Source: an uncultured delta proteobacterium (GTDB lineage Bacteria > Desulfobacterota > Desulfobacteria > Desulfobacterales > JAHEIW01). Taken from it: a stretch of 64,000 nt of DNA. The notes beneath the pieces are model-generated. The model was not told the origin of the DNA and made no database searches. It saw only the letters and a program-made list of their open reading frames with translations. The translations under genes and the position numbers were made by a program. How positions within the stretch are numbered: the stretch's first letter is position 1; each line of letters starts with the position of its first letter. Shown one piece after another: positions 61,651 through 64,000 of the stretch. The stretch is from assembly GCA_963706575.1 (NCBI GenBank), contig CAVPNL010000003.1, forward strand, positions 32,001-96,000. The letters are read 5' to 3'.

Positions 61651-61931
61651 CAAATTAACTCAAAAAGATAATGGCGCTGGATTTTGACACTCTTTTCTGT
61701 GCACACAACCCCTGTCTCAAAAACGGAAAGCAAAACATAAAGAATAAATTGCAATTTCTGGAAGATCTTTGTGGTAATGTCCGGAAACTGGCACAAAAGG
61801 GGCATACTGAGAAGGCGGTAATTAAAGCGCTGGACCCTAAAAACGACCGTGGAATAAAATGGCTAACCATGGGCAATGTCAGCTTTGCCAATATGGTTCG
61901 ATCTGCACTGGCGTCGATTCGCAACCATTGA
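61651..61931 (+). pseudogene. 3' fragment of an MBL-fold hydrolase, paralogous to the end of 26591..27433
   Basis: LDFDTLFCAHNPC.KNGK..KNKLQFLEDL...KWLTMGNVSFANM matches the C-terminus of the intact gene; HxHxDH region absent. Confidence 0.85.
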
Positions 61932-62075
61932 TGAGTCCCAATTTTAGGGGTCATCGAAGCATTAGACCGAGGCGTCAAAAAAAACAGCGGCCTTCGCTCT
62001 GGCGAGTTGCGACGGTTAATGCCCGCAGTACAAAAAACGGAAAAGCCTCAGATACAATTGTGCCTCCGGGAGTTT

Positions 62076-64000
62076 TCAGCTACCCTCCGCCAGCAGCAGG
62101 TTGGTGACACCCCATATCCAGCCCTCGGTCTTTTGCACAAATTTGATGCGGTTTACACCGGAGATCTGAGCATCCGCCGGGATGGCGAAACTGTCGCCAG
62201 CATTAAGACCGTTATTGGGCCCTTTGCTGAGATAGCCCAACAGGTTGTCATTTAAATAAACGGCGATCTCATCGGTATAGTCGATGTCATAACCGGTGAC
62301 CGAGAACAGCAGATCTATAGACGTACCCGTAAAGCCGACGGTAAGTTCGGTCGCATGCTCGTTGCTCCCGTATTTATAACCGTATTCGCCGACGTCCATC
62401 ACACCGACGGTCAGTGTAATGTCGGACAGTGGAAGACTGTAATCCGCCAGCAGCAGGTTGGTGACACCCCAGGTGAAGCCTGCGGTCTTTTGCACAAATT
62501 TGATGCGGTTCTCCCCGGAGATCTGATCTGCTGCCGGGATGGCGAAACTGTCCCCGGCATTGAGGCCGTTGTCCGGCCCCTTGCTGAGATATCCCAGGAG
62601 GCTATCGTTTAGATACACCGCGACCTCATCGGCATAGTCAATATCATAGCCGGTCACCGAGAAGAACAGATCCATAGCGGTACCCGTAAAGCCGACGGTA
62701 AGTTCGGTCGCATGCTGGCTGCTCCCGTAATTGTTACCATATTCTCCATTGTCGATCACACCCACGGTCAGGCTGATATCCGCAGGCGGCGTTGTGTACT
62801 CTGCCAGCAGCAGGTCGGTGACACCCCATATCCAGCCCTCGGTCTTTTGCACAAATTTGATGCGGTTTACACCGGAGATCTGAGCATCCGCCGGGATGGC
62901 GAAACTGTCGCCAGCATTAAGACCGTTATTGGGCCCTTTGCTGAGATAGCCCAACAGGTTGTCATTTAAATAAACGGCGATCTCATCGGTATAGTCGATG
63001 TCATAACCGGTGACCGAGAACAGCAGATCTATAGACGTACCCGTAAAGCCGACGGTAAGTTCGGTCGCATGCTCGTTGCTCCCGTATTTATAACCGTATT
63101 CGCCGACGTCCATCACACCGACGGTCAGTGTAATGTCGGACAGTGGAAGACTGTAATCCGCCAGCAGCAGGTTGGTGACACCCCAGGTGAAGCCTGCGGT
63201 CTTTTGCACAAATTTGATGCGGTTCTCCCCGGAGATCTGATCTGCTGCCGGGATGGCGAAACTGTCCCCGGCATTGAGGCCGTTGTCCGGCCCCTTGCTG
63301 AGATATCCCAGGAGGCTATCGTTTAGATACACCGCGACCTCATCGGCATAGTCAATATCATAGCCGGTCACCGAGAAGAACAGATCCATAGCGGTACCCG
63401 TAAAGCCGACGGTAAGTTCGGTCGCATGCTGGCTGCTCCCGTAATTGTTACCATATTCTCCATTGTCGATCACACCCACGGTCAGGCTGATATCCGCAGG
63501 CGGCGTTGTGTACTCTGCCAGCAGCAGGTCGGTGACACCCCATATCCAGCCCTCGGTCTTTTGCACAAATTTGATGCGGTTTACACCGGAGATCTGAGCA
63601 TCCGCCGGGATGGCGAAACTGTCGCCAGCATTAAGACCGTTATTGGGCCCTTTGCTGAGATAGCCCAACAGGTTGTCATTTAAATAAACGGCGATCTCAT
63701 CGGTATAGTCGATGTCATAACCGGTGACCGAGAACACCAGATCTGCGAAGGCCTTTTGAAAAGTGGCCGTCAACTCGGTGGCATGCAGGTTGCTCCCATA
63801 ATTGTTACCATATTTTCCAGTGTCCATAATGTCCAATGTCAGAGGAATTTCGATCGTACCGCTGGGACCGACCACGTAAACAGTCAGCGAACGTGAAGCC
63901 GTCACACCGTCAGTATCGCTAACCTCCACGGTGAAGGTGTATTTCCACTGCCGGGTCGGGGTACCGGAAATGGTCCCATTCGGATACAGGCTGAGTCCGG
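62076..64000 (-). CDS. 3' part of a large surface/secreted protein: putative Ig (He_PIG-like) domain plus five 119-aa tandem domains
   Basis: Frame open to the window edge: GLSLYPNGTISGTPT..YTFTVEVSD, then repeats containing FSVTGYDID and WGVT.LLL. Confidence 0.85.
   Translation of the reverse strand, partial: GLSLYPNGTISGTPTRQWKYTFTVEVSDTDGVTASRSLTVYVVGPSGTIEIPLTLDIMDTGKYGNNYGSNLHATELTATFQKAFADLVFSVTGYDIDYTDEIAVYLNDNLLGYLSKGPNNGLNAGDSFAIPADAQISGVNRIKFVQKTEGWIWGVTDLLLAEYTTPPADISLTVGVIDNGEYGNNYGSSQHATELTVGFTGTAMDLFFSVTGYDIDYADEVAVYLNDSLLGYLSKGPDNGLNAGDSFAIPAADQISGENRIKFVQKTAGFTWGVTNLLLADYSLPLSDITLTVGVMDVGEYGYKYGSNEHATELTVGFTGTSIDLLFSVTGYDIDYTDEIAVYLNDNLLGYLSKGPNNGLNAGDSFAIPADAQISGVNRIKFVQKTEGWIWGVTDLLLAEYTTPPADISLTVGVIDNGEYGNNYGSSQHATELTVGFTGTAMDLFFSVTGYDIDYADEVAVYLNDSLLGYLSKGPDNGLNAGDSFAIPAADQISGENRIKFVQKTAGFTWGVTNLLLADYSLPLSDITLTVGVMDVGEYGYKYGSNEHATELTVGFTGTSIDLLFSVTGYDIDYTDEIAVYLNDNLLGYLSKGPNNGLNAGDSFAIPADAQISGVNRIKFVQKTEGWIWGVTNLLLAEGS
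62102..63736. repeat. Near-perfect 714-nt tandem repeat (~2.3 copies; 357-nt subunits)
   Basis: Identical shadow ORFs offset by exactly 714 nt (62355/63069 and 62712/63426). Confidence 0.92.

Noticed and set aside
62102..63736. Long repeats as a CRISPR array or a DGR template/variable repeat pair
   Set aside because: Units are 357/714 nt and in-frame coding, with no spacers, no adenine-specific mismatches and no RT or cas genes in the window

Overview
Bacterial chromosomal window. Gene content (sigma54 promoters, a selenoprotein, DUF2284, PilZ) suggests an anaerobic Desulfobacterales-like deltaproteobacterium; this is inference. There are four blocks. (1) 1-12.4 kb, minus strand: an AT-rich surface-polysaccharide locus with Wzm/Wzt, RfbF/RfbG/RfbC, a SAF oxidoreductase, a BNR beta-propeller, an SGNH hydrolase and a probable sulfotransferase-like/kinase-like fusion, lying behind a sigma54 promoter with a long leader. 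(2) 13.5-27.4 kb: tRNA-Pro(CGG) and mixed housekeeping genes, including a UGA-containing DsbA-like selenoprotein, a candidate CU-rich sRNA and a small RHH gene missed by the ORF track. (3) About 27.4-61.6 kb: a ~34 kb sigma54-controlled CoA-dependent catabolic island bracketed by two diverged copies of an MBL-gene 3' end. It encodes a CrtI-like flavoprotein, a divergent 4-hydroxybutyryl-CoA-dehydratase-family protein, a probable heteromeric acyl-CoA dehydrogenase pair, a Liv-type transporter, an Ltp2-like aldolase/DUF35/MaoC module, thiolases and FadB. Its substrate is unknown but is probably a bulky lipophilic compound. (4) 62-64 kb: the 3' end of a large surface protein with five 119-aa domains in a near-perfect 714-nt tandem repeat. 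About nine single-base insertions split genes between 4 and 18 kb and are probably sequencing errors. All family assignments come from motif recognition, not database searches.
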